DNA of 64,000 nucleotides from Eledone cirrhosa (Eukaryota). This document shows, piece after piece, positions 11,787 through 26,754 of this stretch (positions are counted from its first letter, which is position 1; each line of letters starts with the position of its first letter). The notes under the pieces were generated by a model. The model saw only the letters and a program-made list of their open reading frames with translations. It was not told the DNA's origin and ran no database searches. Where the stretch lies: NCBI GenBank assembly GCA_964016885.1, contig OZ024743.1, positions 193,626,001 through 193,690,000 of the forward strand. Reading direction: 5' to 3'. The position numbers and the translations under genes are program-made.

Positions 11787-13424
11787 TAATTTTGAAAATA
11801 ATAAAAATCAAACTTGGTAGGATTTAGTAAAATAACTTACTTTTCCCTTAAGCATGTATTTGGAGAACAACTTTACAAAAGATTCTCACATAAAATTATG
11901 ATGGGAGATTTTTTAAATTTAAATATGACTACTTTAAAGTCTGTGGTTTTATATTATAGAACCAGAGGGTTGTCAAAAGGATTGAAGAAAACTTTTTCTT
12001 TTCTCCACAAACATTTTAATGGATTAAAAAAAAAAGTGAAAGAGAGAAAATAAAGAAAAGTCTTTTGATCTACTGAATGAAACACTTAAAATAGAGTATA
12101 GTTATAATGGTTTAGAGATGTGAGATAAATGTAGGAAGAATAAAGATGAAAATCATAATTAAAAATGTTTATAATTTCATTATAAATATTCACAGTTAGA
12201 ATATAGGTAAATAGCATAATACCATAGAATAATGCCATTGAATTTTTTAAACACATTGTTCAGAGGACATAATAGAATTTTTATAGAGCTCTTAATATAG
12301 ATTAAAGGTATCTGTATAGGGTTTTGTTTCTTCAAATTCCCACCAAACTGCTCTTTAGCACTTGGGTCTCATCTTGAAAAAGATAGTTATTCATTTTTCA
12401 TACTGTGTAAAATCATTAAAAATTGAAAAACCAATAACAGTTCTTAGATACACATCCTCAATAGGATTGTATAATGTGTATGTATATGCATGAACAATAG
12501 GATAGTATGTATGTGTATGTATATGCATATGCAATAGTATAGTATGTATGTGTATGTAGCATTGTATATATGTGTTTGTATATATATCATCATCACTGTT
12601 TTATGTCCGTTTTTCCATGCTTGTGTGGGTTGGATGAGTTCTTTCCAGCCCAGCATCTCTCCAATCGTCTCACTCCCTCATCATCTCCTCTGAGATTCAG
12701 TGATTTGAAATCAACTATAGCTACCCATTCAACCCCCATCAGCATGGAAAAATAGATGTTAAATAATTGTGTGTGTGTGTGTATACATACATAAATATAA
12801 ACACACACACACACACACAAATATAATACATACACACAAATGTAAGTGTATATATATATATCATCACTATCATTATCATCATCTCCTTTTAATGTCCATT
12901 TTTCAATGCTGGCATGGTTTAGACAAAGCATGGGTTATGTATATACATGAGACTATGAGATTCACATGTGAGTTGCTCATGTGTAATGAAGCTGTAGTAG
13001 AAAAAATCCAATATATATTTATATTGTATATTTATATAACATATATATTTATATTATATATTAGAAAAAGAAATATATAATATTTCTGGAGGCTCATTAA
13101 AATGCTATAAATCTTTACCTATGACTTACACCAATTTCCTAATCAATTCTTTTGCAGTCTTCACATGAACAACACACTACTCTGTTAAAAGAAACACTTT
13201 ATATTCTTGGTTACCTTAAATGACATCTTGACACTGCACAAGATAATTCATCTTTTGGTCTTACACCATACATCACTGTCTCAATTTAATTCAGTTTGAT
13301 AAGCTTTAAGTGATTATAATATTTCAAAATCATGAAATATATAATATATTTAATAGATAATAGATAATATATTTAATAGATATTAACTAAACTTTTCTCA
13401 ATAAATACTCTTAAAAAATAAGCT

Positions 13425-13897
13425 TTAACTATTTTGATACCAAACCACCAGAAATCGTCCCTGGTTCTATGATGAAAGCTGTTTATTTAAACCCTTTAGC
13501 ATTTACATTACTCTGTATTTACTTTTATATTTTCGTGATAAAGGCTTTATCTCAGATATTATTGAATCTATGAGATTTTGATATTATTTATTTTGAGAAC
13601 AAAACCTTAACATCAGTATGAGTGGCCAGTTACAGCCAGTTTGAAAAGAAAGAAGTGAGAGAATTCTGACTGGATATAGCCAGTTTAAATGTTTAAGGGT
13701 TAAAGTGTTTATATTTAACCAAAAAATCTCCAACCTAATTTTGTATAAGAACCTTTTGTTAAGTAATGTTCCAAGCACCAACTTAAGAAGAAAATTAATT
13801 ATATTATTAAATCTCTTGAAATTCTTGATTATTTCCAAAATTATTTGAAAATCATAGGCAATGTTATTCATTCGAGATATGATAATGAAACGATTAA
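13425..13897 (+). mobile_element. piggyBac-type MITE-A (13487-13702) inserted in a TTAA of MITE-B
   Basis: Termini TTAAACCCTTTAGCATTTA...TAAATGTTTAAGGGTTAA; the flanks join to give a MITE-B copy like 29420-29677. Confidence 0.75.
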
Positions 13898-13917
13898 TGA
13901 TATTTGGTAGTAATATT

Positions 13918-14406
13918 GATTTTTAATTAAGGCAGGCAAATTCCGAGGAAGGGTAAAGTTGATTAAATCAATCCCATTATGTGACTGGTACTTTATTTTA
14001 TTGAGTCTGGGAGGATGAAAGGCAAAATTGAACTTTGTGGGATTTGAACTCAGTGTAATGAGGCCAGGAGGATGAAAAGCAAAGTTAATCTCAGTGGGAT
14101 TTGAACTCAGTGTGTAATGAACCAGAACAAATACTGGAAAGGCATTTTATTTGAAACTCCACTAATCCACCACCCTTAACTTTATACATATATATTGATT
14201 TCTATTTCAAGGTCAGCAACATTGGGCGAAGGGTAAAGTTGATTAAATCAATCCAACTACTTGATTGGAACTTTATTTTATCAACTCCTGAAGGATGACA
14301 GGTAGAGTTGACCATGGGAGGATTTGAATTCAGAATGTAAAGAGCCTGTTCAAATACAGCAATGGTATTTTATCTGATGTTCTACCAAGTATGCCAATCC
14401 ACCACC
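13918..14406 (-). mobile_element. Head-to-tail SINE dimer within one 18-bp TSD
   Basis: Two SINE copies; ATATTTGGTAGTAATATT at 13900 and 14407. Confidence 0.8.
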
Positions 14407-14924
14407 ATATTTGGTAGTAATATTACATAGATGCAACAAAATCTTAATATTTCCATTTTGTTTTCATATTCAATATATCTGAACAAAATAGTTTTTGTCC
14501 TCAACATTTGTTGGTGAGAAACTGTCTAATCTGCAATTACTGAAAGAAGAGTGACATGTTGTTCTTTAAAACTATACAACACAGATAATAGCAAGCTAAC
14601 TAGAATTAAAAAAAAAGAAAAAAAAAGAGTTATATAAAAAAACAAAACAAACAAACATAAAGATTGAAAAGTTGACAAATGACAAGCGGACATGTTTCAT
14701 GTTTCCGGAAATAATACAGAAGGAAGTAAAAACTGTGGATTGACTTGAATAGTGTTGGTGGTTAAAGAAATGTTTATACAACTTGTTGCTAGTAACTAGC
14801 ACACTTGATAGAACTAGTTGGGCAACTAGGAATATCCTGAGAGACTGACTATCATGTATTTTTTTTAATGCAAACAACCTTGGCTAGAAATGTGAAATTC
14901 TTTTTCTCATCAAGTATTCATTGA

Positions 14925-14954
14925 GGAGAGAGAGGGGGGAAAAGAGAGGAAGAG

Positions 14955-15050
<96 letters not shown>

Positions 15051-15070
15051 GCGAGAGAGAGAGAGAGAAG
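14925..15070. repeat. (GA)n microsatellite
   Basis: Direct reading. Confidence 0.95.
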
Positions 15071-16314
15071 AAGAAGCAGTCTCTTCAGAATTGACAACTG
15101 TGATCATAAATTTATATATCTATTAGTTATAAATTTAAGCTTCCTTGATACTTATTAAAATTTAAGATCCTGTGCCCCTTATAAGTCATTAAATATATTT
15201 ATTTTTATAATTTAACAAGAAAAATGAAAAAAAAAACTTTTAATGAAGTACATATAATATTTAAAATTGGATTTGTTAATTCAAATGGCCACAGTAGGTT
15301 TACTTAGGGAACAGATCATTGTGAAAATTTATGGCATTAAAGTAAAGATTTCTCTCTTTAAGGTGATGCAGTCAAAGTGCTTACTGTTTCTACTTTTCGA
15401 GAATATCTTGCTAATGTGATTTCATTGTTCAAAATTAGTAAGCATATTGTTATTGTTAAATAAATTACTGGTGTGTTAACTATCCAGAAACATTGCTTAT
15501 AAACCAACTATCACTAAGGGTTTAAGTATTACAGATAGATCGATTTACATGTGTAATGTATGCATTCTTGACAGATACTTTGATGAATAACTGGAGTATG
15601 TGTTTTGTTTCCATTGTTATACTGTATGTGTAGACATATTTAAACAGATAGTCTTTATATACAATATCTTCAAGGACAGAAAAAAGAGGGCTCTATCAAA
15701 CTATCAATAAACTCAAATATAAGTCTGAGAAATGAGCAAAAATCCAAACCCAGTGTAAATGCCGGGTCAGCTAATCAACAGATAATATTTAGATGGTTTG
15801 GTTTTACAATTCTCATGATGAGAATATATTTACCAAGTTTTAATATTTTGATATTTAAAATGTTTTTTAAGTGTCATTTAGAGTATAATTTTTGTTTCAG
15901 AACTCCATTAAACATTGAAATTTTTTACCAATTTCTGACTGTTTTGAAGGTTATATTCATTCAAAACATATCAAAACGAATTTTAGTGTAATATTTCAGT
16001 GAAACAAGTGTAATATCTCCAAAGCAAAAATATTCTAGCACTTCATTAACATAGAATTTTGAAGCTGGTGGAAATAGGCAAAATATTTACCTTGAATATA
16101 AGACAACCCTCTCCCTATTTTACCATCGATTTTTTTTGTTACCTATTTCTCGGCTTATGTACAAGTATATATGGCAGTTTTAATATTATTTGGGGATTTG
16201 ATCAGCAACTGAGTATCCCCTTTAACTGTTTATGGAGAACCTAGTCCAGCTAATCCCTCTCTTTTCTGTTCACAAAGATGTATGTAAAGGCAAATTGTTT
16301 ATATCTGTCTATAC

Positions 16315-16525
16315 ATATCATCATCATCATCGTTTTTATGTCTGCTTTTCCATGCTCGCATGGGTTGGACAAGTCCTTCCCACGTTCCTTCATCATCTCC
16401 TCTGCCAGTTTTAGCGATTTGAGGTTAGCTCTCACAACCTCTGCCAGGTCTTTCTTGGTCATCCTCTATTGTGGCTTCCTTCCACTGGGATTTCCTGGCA
16501 TTTCTTCACCCATCCAAAGCGTAAA
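16315..16525 (-). mobile_element. RTE LINE 3' fragment
   Basis: Minus-strand translation AEVVRANLKSLKLAEEMMKER and a (CAT)n tail. Confidence 0.75.
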
Positions 16526-18599
16526 ATCTACAGATATATTCAGTAGTACAGTGTAGTAATATTGTTAGGCCTTTCAATAATATAAAACATTGCTTCTCTA
16601 ATGCTATAAGTTTTAGATGAAAATAGGAATTATAAAAATTTAATTTTAAGAAAATTGTTATAAATTAGCTGTTCATAGAAAAAAAATTAGTCACAATAAT
16701 TACTTCAGTGAAAAGGCTTCTAAAATAATCCAGACTGGGTGATAAACAAAGAGGTATTTATGTAAATCTGGTTTTGATTTAAAATCAAAATCCATAAATT
16801 TATCCTAGATTTATTTTTGTAAAGATTTTTGAAAGGTTAGTATAAACTTGGCTGTTTTTAGTGATTGCAACAAGGAAAACAACAGCAGCAAAGATTTTAG
16901 TTTGAATTATATATTAGATATATGTATATGTGCATCTAAGTGCACATGTGTAGAGATGATTTTATATGTGTAACAGATGGGGGAAAAAAGGGAGGTTTAT
17001 CACCCTCAAAATGTATGTAAATTTTAATATGTTGGGGTACATTATAGAGAAAGTAAAATTTATATATATTTGTAGAGTTAAACAAATTCAAACAAAATTC
17101 AGAATGACAGCCATAAAATGTAATATATTCAAGTTTAACATTCACATTCCTCTAGAAAAATTCAACTTTATTGTGCTTCTATGTGCACATTTTCTCTCAT
17201 AAAATGAAAAAATAATAGGCATTTCTAGCGTTTTATAACGTTTGTCCAATATAGATGGTGTGTGAATGTACATAGATTATTACAGAAGAATAACATAGTA
17301 CTAACTTCACTAAAAACATCTGGAAATGAACACAATCAATAAGTGAGAGTTAAATTCTAAAATATCATAGTTAATATGATAACAGATAAAAAAAAAGTGT
17401 GTGTGTGTGGGGGGGGGGGGGGGGGGGGGTCAATATATTTTGAAAAATCCTTTTATTTTTTCACCCTTTTTTAAAAATGAAAACAACCTCCCACCTAAAA
17501 AAGAATTAAAAAATCGTTATACTGGAGAAACATTAAATGAAACCTACATTTCTCACCTGACATTTTATTACTGTTTAGTCAGGGAGAGAAGGACAATGTT
17601 CACAAAGCATTCCCAGGGTCACAAAGACTAGTGGGAAGAAGGGCAGTATTCTCAAACTGGAGACCTGGTCAGAATGCCTACAACAGAACAGACTCCATTA
17701 AAGCCATTCAAGGGCCAGGTGGCAGTGTTAAAATGGGTGACAAATTAAATCTACCTAAATGATTATTCATTTTGTTTGGGGTGTAATCTTTATAAAGGGT
17801 GTGTAGTAGACACTATAAACCTTTGTTGTAAGGAGCAACAAAATAGCTAAGTCATCATAATTATTCCAATGCAACTGTTCCCATTATAAACCACTAGTTC
17901 AATTCCATTGCAGGTGTTTTGTAATGTATTTGGGTCATACACCTAATTCTACATGCCTCAGTTCACCTAGCTAAATCATTTAAAACATTTCACAATTTGA
18001 CCTGCACCCTATTCAGGAGATTTATCGCTTGCCTGCCTAATTTTATAAAACTGGAGCTAAGCTCCAGGTTTAGAATTCACTCTAAAGATATTTACATTTT
18101 TCTCTCATTAGCACAGTGAGACTGATGCAATAACCACCTGTACGGAAGAGTCAACCTATTTTATTAATATGTTTAGATGAATAATTCTTAACTTTCTATT
18201 GGTGTACTTGCTGAATTGGTCTCTATGATAAGTACAACTAGTGAAAGGAGTTAGAAAAAATGTTATGCTTATATTGTATAATCTTCCCTTCAAACACCAA
18301 TAAAATATCTTTTCTTTGCCAAGAGAGAAGTTTTTAAATTTTATTTTTCTATTTTATACTCTAACAATTATACGTTTTATACCTAGCTCTGCTGGTAGCA
18401 TTGCTTATGTATCAAGAGAAAAAAAAACAAAAAACCTACTTCTAGTGAATCATCATAGTTTATATGATGTACATTACTTTTATTCATACTAGCATTATTT
18501 AGTCAAGATGAAAGGTAGAAAGTATTGCCTAAAATTCCTCTTTATATATATATATATCAGTTTATATATATATATATATACCAGTTATATATATATCCA

Positions 18600-18894
18600 C
18601 ACTCTAAACGGGGTTGGTATTAGGAAGGGCATCCAGCTGTAGAAAACCTGCTAGACAGTCCTATACGAACAAGACAACCAATCTTGCCTCTAGTGGGACA
18701 ATACCCATCTAAACCCATGCTAGCGTGGAAGATAGACGTTAAACGATGATGATGATGATGATGATATATATATATATCAGTTCCTGTATGATCAAGGCAA
18801 GGTCAGCCGACTGGACACTGCCCACAACAGGACAACCCGTCTAACCCATGCTAGCGTGGAAGAACGGACGTAAAACAGTGATAATGATGATGAT

Positions 18895-18925
<31 letters not shown>

Positions 18926-19527
18926 CCCCTGTCCCACTACGCCCACCCCCTTAAATGTGAAGTTATGTTGGTACCACAACATCCAGTCCGAAACAAATGA
19001 GGTCGTGTAGGTGTCACAACAAAAAAACACAGTCCATGCTATAATGTGGCCATGTAGGTAACACGGTAAAAACTTCCCAGTCCACACTGTAAACGTGGTT
19101 GGTGTTAGGAAGGGCATCCAGCCGTAGAAAACCCGCCAGACGTGTAGGTGTCACGACAAAAAAACACACAGTCCACGCTGTAATGTGGCCATGTAGGTAA
19201 CATGGTAAAAACCTCCCAGTCCACACTGTAAACGTGGTTGGTGTTAGGAAGGGCATCCAGCCGTAGAAAACCCGCCAGACGTGTAGGTGTCACGACAAAA
19301 AAACACACAGTCCACGCTGTAATGTGGCCATGTAGGTAACACGGTAAAAACCTCCCAGTCTACACTGTAAACGTGGTTGGTGTTAGGAAGGGCATCCAGC
19401 CGTAGAAAACCCGCCAGACAGTCCTATACGAGCAGGACAACCAATCTTGCCTCAAGTGGGAAAACTCCCGTCCAAACCCATGCAAGCATGGCAGATGGAC
19501 GTTAAACGATGATGATGATGATGATGA
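18600..19527 (+). mobile_element. Three consecutive RTE 3'UTR fragments, the last with a triplicated unit of about 140 bp
   Basis: Each ends ...CCCATGC..GC.TGG..GA..GGACGT.AAAC..(GAT)n. 18925-19527 matches the 3'UTR of the RTE at 41853-42226. Confidence 0.85.
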
Positions 19528-19543
19528 TATATATATAATATCT

Positions 19544-20270
<727 letters not shown>

Positions 20271-22462
20271 AATTGAGAGATCACAGCTCCGATATTATGG
20301 GCATGTGGTTAGAATGTCTCAGGAAAGAATCACTGGACAGATTTTACGGGCAAAACCAACCACCAGGAGACCCAGGGGTAGATCCCGAGCAAGATGGTTG
20401 GATAACATCCATGAGCTTGGCTGGTTTTGCTTGGGGATCCAGTCAGATCAATTGGAGATGGTTTCTTCTGAACCTCATGAACCTCACAGGAATATGTGGA
20501 AGAAGAAGAAACATCAGCAGCAAAAGAATAAGAACTATAGAGGAATGAGACCTAGCTGCAAATCTGGTAATCGAATCTGGAATACATGTATGGTGGATGG
20601 GGGGGAATATTAGGAGAGGCAGAAATCCAGAGTAATGTGGTTATGTGTGAATGAAGGATTCGTTATCAGACTGTTTGTAATTGCTACATATTCTCTTTAA
20701 TGTGGTGCAGAATAAATGCACATGTATATGATAACTACTCCAGACCAGATAAATAAGAGTATTTTTAGTTGACCATATCTTTGTTGTTTATTTTACAGTT
20801 AATTTATCAGAGTTGTTGAAGTATTTTCTGGTCTTGGAAAAGAAAGCCACCCTTTGTAATATAACTTTAGCTTTGTGAAATATCTGAGAAGGTTTACAGA
20901 TAAGATATAGCTATTATATGCAGGGTGATTTTTTTTTAGCTATACATCATTCATTTGTGTGTGTGTGTGTCTGTGTGTGTGTGTGTGGTTGGTGGAGTTG
21001 TGGGTATGTTTTCCTGAAATGAGCTCTTTGGTGAGTTATTTTTGCAGAATGTTTACTGAGAGTGAATGTATCCAGAGGGAGGTGGTATAATTGTGAGTGT
21101 GAGAGGCAAATGATTCCTATAATGATTCATTGTGTAATGTATGCACGGACCTGTTATAATTCCTGATGGTGTCATAGGCAGGGATGGATATAATGGGAGA
21201 GGGGGGGGGGGGGGTAATTGCCTGCGGGGCCCCCTGTAATGGAATGGGGTGGAGGGCACCAGCAAAAGCCATAGCAATTTATTTGTGCCCTCAGCTGGGC
21301 TTTTAGTTTTAGGATGGTTAGAATTTTGGAAATATAATACCTGTATGTATAACTTTTCAATTCTAATTACTTGCGCCAAGCTAACTTTGATATGTAAAAT
21401 AGAGGATGGGGGTGAGGTGGTAGTGGTGGTGGTTGTGTGTGTGTGTGTGTGTGGGGGGTGCTGTATATTCTATCTTTTTGTGTATGAGGGGCCCCCAAGG
21501 TCTAAATCCAGCCTAGGTCATAGGTGCAGTCATGACATTTTAAACCTGGCAGATGCCATCCCTCTCTAGGTTTGAACACAGCTGTTTTCTGAGAGAGGAA
21601 GAGAGAGAGAGAGAGGAAGAATCGACCTTAGTATCAAACTAACATCCTTGAAAGGATGAAAGGCAAAGTTGACCTCAGGAGGATTAAAACTCAGAGTGAA
21701 GAGAGGAGAAACAAATACTGCATTACATTCTATCTGTTATAAAAAGTACCAGTCATCACGTGCTGAGGTTGATGTAATATAGTATCAGTTACATACCAGG
21801 GCCAATAAAATATAGTACTAATCATGTACCAGAGCTAATAAAATAGAGTACCAGTCACATACTGGGGTAAATGTAATCAACTTTCCTTTCCTCATGAATT
21901 GTTGTCCTTGTGCCTAAATAATAGAATATTATCCCGCAGTGTAGAGGATATGAATTTATGTTAAAAACTCTAAATGTAACATTTCTTTTATTACATTCTA
22001 ATACAATTCTACACAATACTTCCCTTCATATAAAATCTTTACTTACAAACATCTTTACTTACTTCTCCACCCTAATACAGCTTTTACCTATACAGGATAC
22101 AGAATCTTATTGTATTACTGAGTGAAAGATTTCGCTAAACCTACTTTAGTAGTGTTTTATGAACTATTTTGATTTCAGATGAGCAAGAAAAGAGAAGCTT
22201 CATTGCATACTTATTTCCTGTCTAATCGCTACACGTGGTCCCTCTGTTGGTTTATGTAGCTAGATCTTATCTCGCCCCATTTATAATATCTCAAATATTG
22301 CTTTTTTTTTCGTTTTTTTTTTTCCATTGAGGAATTTTCATTTTTCCAATCTCCACCTCTGCCTGTCTTTTGCTAAAACCTTCAGGCTAAGTCACATAGT
22401 ACCATTTAATTCTTGTTCACTTCAATTTTGTATTTAAAAATGAATTTTCTCAGTTTTTACTG

Positions 22463-22524
<62 letters not shown>

Positions 22525-22847
22525 GATAGAGAGAAGGAAAAAGAGTAGTTTATGATATATCATCATCATGATCACCGTTTTACGTCTATTTTTCCACATT
22601 ATCATGGGTTAGACGAATTGTTCTGTTGTGGGCACTGCCAGGTCATGTGATCATGTCTTGCTCAAACAGAACTGATTTTGGCTAGGTTTCTACAGTTTGA
22701 AGCCCTTCTTAAAACCAACCTTATTTACAGTGAGTACTGGGTGCTTTTTACTGTGGCACTTACATGACCACTTTACAGTGGGAAGAGGCTGGGAGCATAC
22801 TGTCTATATGCTCCAGCTTCATGGAAAATGGACATTAAACAATGATG

Positions 22848-22879
<32 letters not shown>

Positions 22880-23029
22880 ATACTTTGGGAGGGTCATGTT
22901 GCCAATAAGAAACACACGCACCAGTTGCTTTCACTTCAATTTATTATATATTTATAAATTTATAAATTTACAAATTTATAAATTTCTGGTTGGTTGGTTG
23001 GTTCCACAACCAGATAGTTGTTTATATAT

Positions 23030-23074
23030 AGTCATAGTTCTTTCGTCACACACTCTGTGACCTCTTCAGTGACT
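23030..23074 (-). ncRNA. Type I hammerhead ribozyme (inverted pLTR copy)
   Basis: Reverse complement of 23666-23710. Confidence 0.85.
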
Positions 23075-23153
23075 GGGGATTCCTTTCTTTGTTTCTGTGC
23101 CTCTCCTTTGTTCTGTCCTATGCCATTTTGTTTCTGTGTGTGTGTTGTGTGCT

Positions 23154-23465
23154 AGAAATGTAGTGTATAGCATAAGATGTAGAGACAAAAATATAGTGTA
23201 CATAGGTGAGACAGCTCGTAGTGTAGGGGAACGGATAAATGAACACTGGCGAGACCTTCAAGATAATAAAGAATCATCTGTACTCTACCAACATGCTAAG
23301 ATAGAACACAAGGGTAAATTAGAGAACATAGAAATGAAAATAGAATCTACACACAGAAAAGACGCAATGTTTAGACAAATTACAGAGGCAATAAACATAA
23401 AAGAATTACAACCAAAATTAAATAGAAAATATGAGTGGAACAGCAACATCACAACTTACAATTAA
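23154..23465 (+). pseudogene. GIY-YIG endonuclease domain fragment of a Penelope-like element
   Basis: NVVYSIRC...VYIGETARSVGERINEH...LYQHA..EH...RQITEAINIKELQPKLNR, with all hallmark GIY-YIG motifs; the RT part is missing. Confidence 0.9.
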
Positions 23466-23665
23466 GGACAAAATGAAAACACACACACACATAGAACAAA
23501 CAACCAACCAGTAACATGTAAATAAACAAATAAATAAATGAACATAAACACACACAGACACCCGGATGTGGCGCATGCACAGACTGAGCACACAACACAC
23601 ACACAGAAACAAAATGGCGTAGGACAGAACAAAGGAGAGGCACAGAACCAAAGAAAGGAATCCCC

Positions 23666-23710
23666 AGTCACTGAAGAGGTCACAGAGTGTGTGACGAAAG
23701 AACTATGACT
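23666..23710 (+). ncRNA. Minimal type I hammerhead ribozyme
   Basis: AGTCA-CTGAAGA-g-GTCAC-agagtgt-GTGAC-GAAA-GAAC-TA-TGACT; stems I and II pair, stem III is very short, cleavage triplet CUA. Confidence 0.85.
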
Positions 23711-23904
23711 ATATATAAACAACTATCTGGTTGTGGAACCAACCAACCAACCAGAAATTTATAAATTTGTAAATATATAATAAATTGAAGTGAAAGCAAC
23801 TGGTGCGTGTGTTTCTTATTGGCAACATGACCCTCCCAAAGTATAACAATATCGGTTTCAACACACGATTTCAGATAAAGAATCTTGCTAAACAAATTCA
23901 GAAA

Positions 23905-23943
<39 letters not shown>

Positions 23944-24950
23944 TTATTATATATATCATTATCACCATCATTTTACAATGTATAGAAGCTAAATTAGATA
24001 AGTGAAGAAAAGAAAACAAAACTAACAAAACTGACACATTTACATTGACTGTTTTACTTAGGATAAGAAACTATCTTATATTTATGTTACTGATATATCA
24101 TTGACAACATGAATCTCTTGAATTTTAGAATAGTCATGCATACGAAGGAACTGTATGTATATCTGCCACAGTAAATTTATATTAGATTCTCAACAGGAGT
24201 ATAATACCAATATTTTTTCAGAAAATGCATAAATACTAAAAATTATTTCTTTTTAACGAGATGACAAAAATATGTATTTTGTTAAGAATGATCTTCTTCT
24301 TCTTCTTTGTCCACTTACTCATGAGAAAACTAAATTTAGAAGAGTTCCAAAAGCTGAGGTATATAATATGTTTTGAAAAGAAAAATGACTATTTAAAAGA
24401 AAATGTGTGTACTACCGACTGGTAACTAGGAGGCAAATTGTGTGAGTCATTAGAATGTCTGATAGAATGCTTTGTGGTAATTAATTGTTTCAGCTAACTG
24501 TATTCTGAGTTCAATTTTGCTTTTCATCCTTTTGAGGTTGATAAAAATGTACCTGTCCAATACTGGGGTTGATTCTTCCCCCACTCTCTCTCTCTCTCTT
24601 CTCTAGAAGAAATTGGCTGTGTTCAAACCTGGAGAGATGGGCTCCACCAGGTTTAAAATACCCAAGAAACGCTCTATGTCACAACAGTAACTCTACAACT
24701 CAACTAGGAGTTATGGTTCCATATATACATACATAGATATAATTGGTCTGCATTGTGGTGTGGTAAATAAATATATATACATATACAGCAGAACCAAACA
24801 CAATGGAACCATACAAGCAATTAATAATTACAGTGAGGTGTCAACGGAGGACATGTAGGTTCAATTCCCAGTAGGCACTCACATTTATTGACTTTCCTGT
24901 TGATTTTGTAATGGTCTGTTTAGAAGATGTATGTACATAATGAAAAAACA

Positions 24951-25735
24951 TTAACCCTTTGTCATTTAAAATGGTTGTATCTGGCCAGAATTCTCTCACC
25001 TCTTTCTGTTCAAACTGACTGTAACTAGCTGCTCATACTGATGTTAAGGTATTGTTCGCAAAATAAATATCAAAATCTCATATCTTTGACACTATGTAAG
25101 ATAAAGCATTTTCTGTGAAAATATAATAGTAAATATAGAGTAATGTAAATGCTATGTGAGATATTATGTGAGGTAAAGCCTTTACCATGAAAATATAATA
25201 GTAAATATAGAGTAATGTAAATGCTATGTGAGATATTATGTGAGGTAAAGCCTTTACCATGAAAATATAATAGTAAATATAGAGTAATGTAAATGCTATG
25301 TGAGACATTATGTGAGGTAAAGCCTTTACCATGAAAATATAATAGTAAATATAGAGTAATGTAAATGCTATGTGAGATATTATGTGAAGTAAAGCCTTTA
25401 CTGTGAAATATGATAGTAAATATAGAGTAATGTAAATGCTATGTGAGATATTATGTGAGGTAAAGCCTTTACCATGAAAATATAATAGTAAATATAGAGT
25501 AATGTAAATGCTGTGAGATATTATGTGAAGTAAAGCCTTTACCATGAAAATATAATAGTAAATATAGAATAATGTAAATGCTATGTGAGACATTATGTGA
25601 AGTAAAGCCTTTACCATGAAAATATAATAGTAAATATAGAATAATGTAAATGCTATGTGAGATATTATGTGAAGTAAAGCCTTTACTGTGAAATATGATA
25701 GTAAATATAGAGTAATGTAAATGCTAAAGGGTTAA
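24951..25735 (-). mobile_element. piggyBac-type MITE-A with an internal 72-bp tandem array (about 9 units)
   Basis: Termini TTAACCCTTT...AAAGGGTTAA; 72-bp period over 25085-25725. Confidence 0.85.
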
Positions 25736-25914
25736 TGTAAAATGTCTTTACTACAAAACATTTCATAGTAATAAAGAAATAATTTTCTCTTTTAAATCAG
25801 TTTTAGAATATTACAATATATATTCATATATCTACAGTATATTCATTTGCATCAAGTTTGCTTATTATTTTTATTATTATCCTCACAATAATATGTATTG
25901 TTTCAATATTAATA

Positions 25915-26100
25915 TAATTGTTTCTACTTTAGGCACAAGGCCAGCAATTACCCAGTACATTACTGGTACTTTATTTTATCGACCCCGTAAGGATGAAAGG
26001 CAAAGTTAACCTCGGCGGGATTTGAACTCACTCAGACTGTAAAGGGACGTAACTGTGCTAGAAAGCATAGCGTTCAACCCTCTACCGATACTGCCAATTT
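25915..26100 (-). mobile_element. SINE (major family, short variant)
   Basis: A/B boxes and central domain. Confidence 0.8.
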
Positions 26101-26754
26101 AATATAATAGTCAGTAAAACTATTTTGTATTTAATTACTCAAAGACTTCATTTCTGGTGGTTGACTGCTACTTTAATTTATTGACCCCCAGAAGGATGAA
26201 AGACTAAGTTGCGTGGAATAACAGCTAAATTTTTCTGAAATGAACCGTACTATATTAGAAAAGGAAAGGCACATTGGAAACTCTAGCCTCTCATATATAA
26301 AAGCACCCAGTTCACACTGTAAAGTGATTGTGTCGGTGTCATGACAAAAAGCACCCAGTATACATGTGCTTGGCATTAGGAAAGGCATCCAGCCATAGAA
26401 ACCAAGCCCAAATCAGTTCTGAGTGAGTGAAACACGGTCCTCCGACCTGATCTTTCACAAAGAGACAGCCCGTCCTAACCATGCTAGCATGGGAAATGGA
26501 CATTAATTGATGATGGTTAATCAACTTGGTCAAAACTAGAACATCTTTGATCATATGTCTGTACTATGAGATAAGAACAACAACAATGAAAATACCAACA
26601 ACAACAACGATGATGATGATAGCAACAACAGCAATAACACCACCACCACCACCACCACCAACAAAAACAACAATGTCAATGACACCAATGACGATGACAA
26701 CAATAAAAACAGCGACAACTATATGTTAAGTTACTATTTCAGTAGTAAAATAAT

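Larger units (their letters stand above)
22872..23907 (+). mobile_element. 5'-truncated Penelope-like retroelement with inverted pLTR
   Basis: GIY-YIG C-terminus plus 3' pLTR (23587-23852), with an inverted copy upstream (22872-23153). Both repeats carry a hammerhead, and the element sits in (TA)n. Confidence 0.9.

Noticed and set aside
25078-25617. 179-aa ORF
   Set aside because: In-frame translation of the 72-bp MITE-internal repeat.
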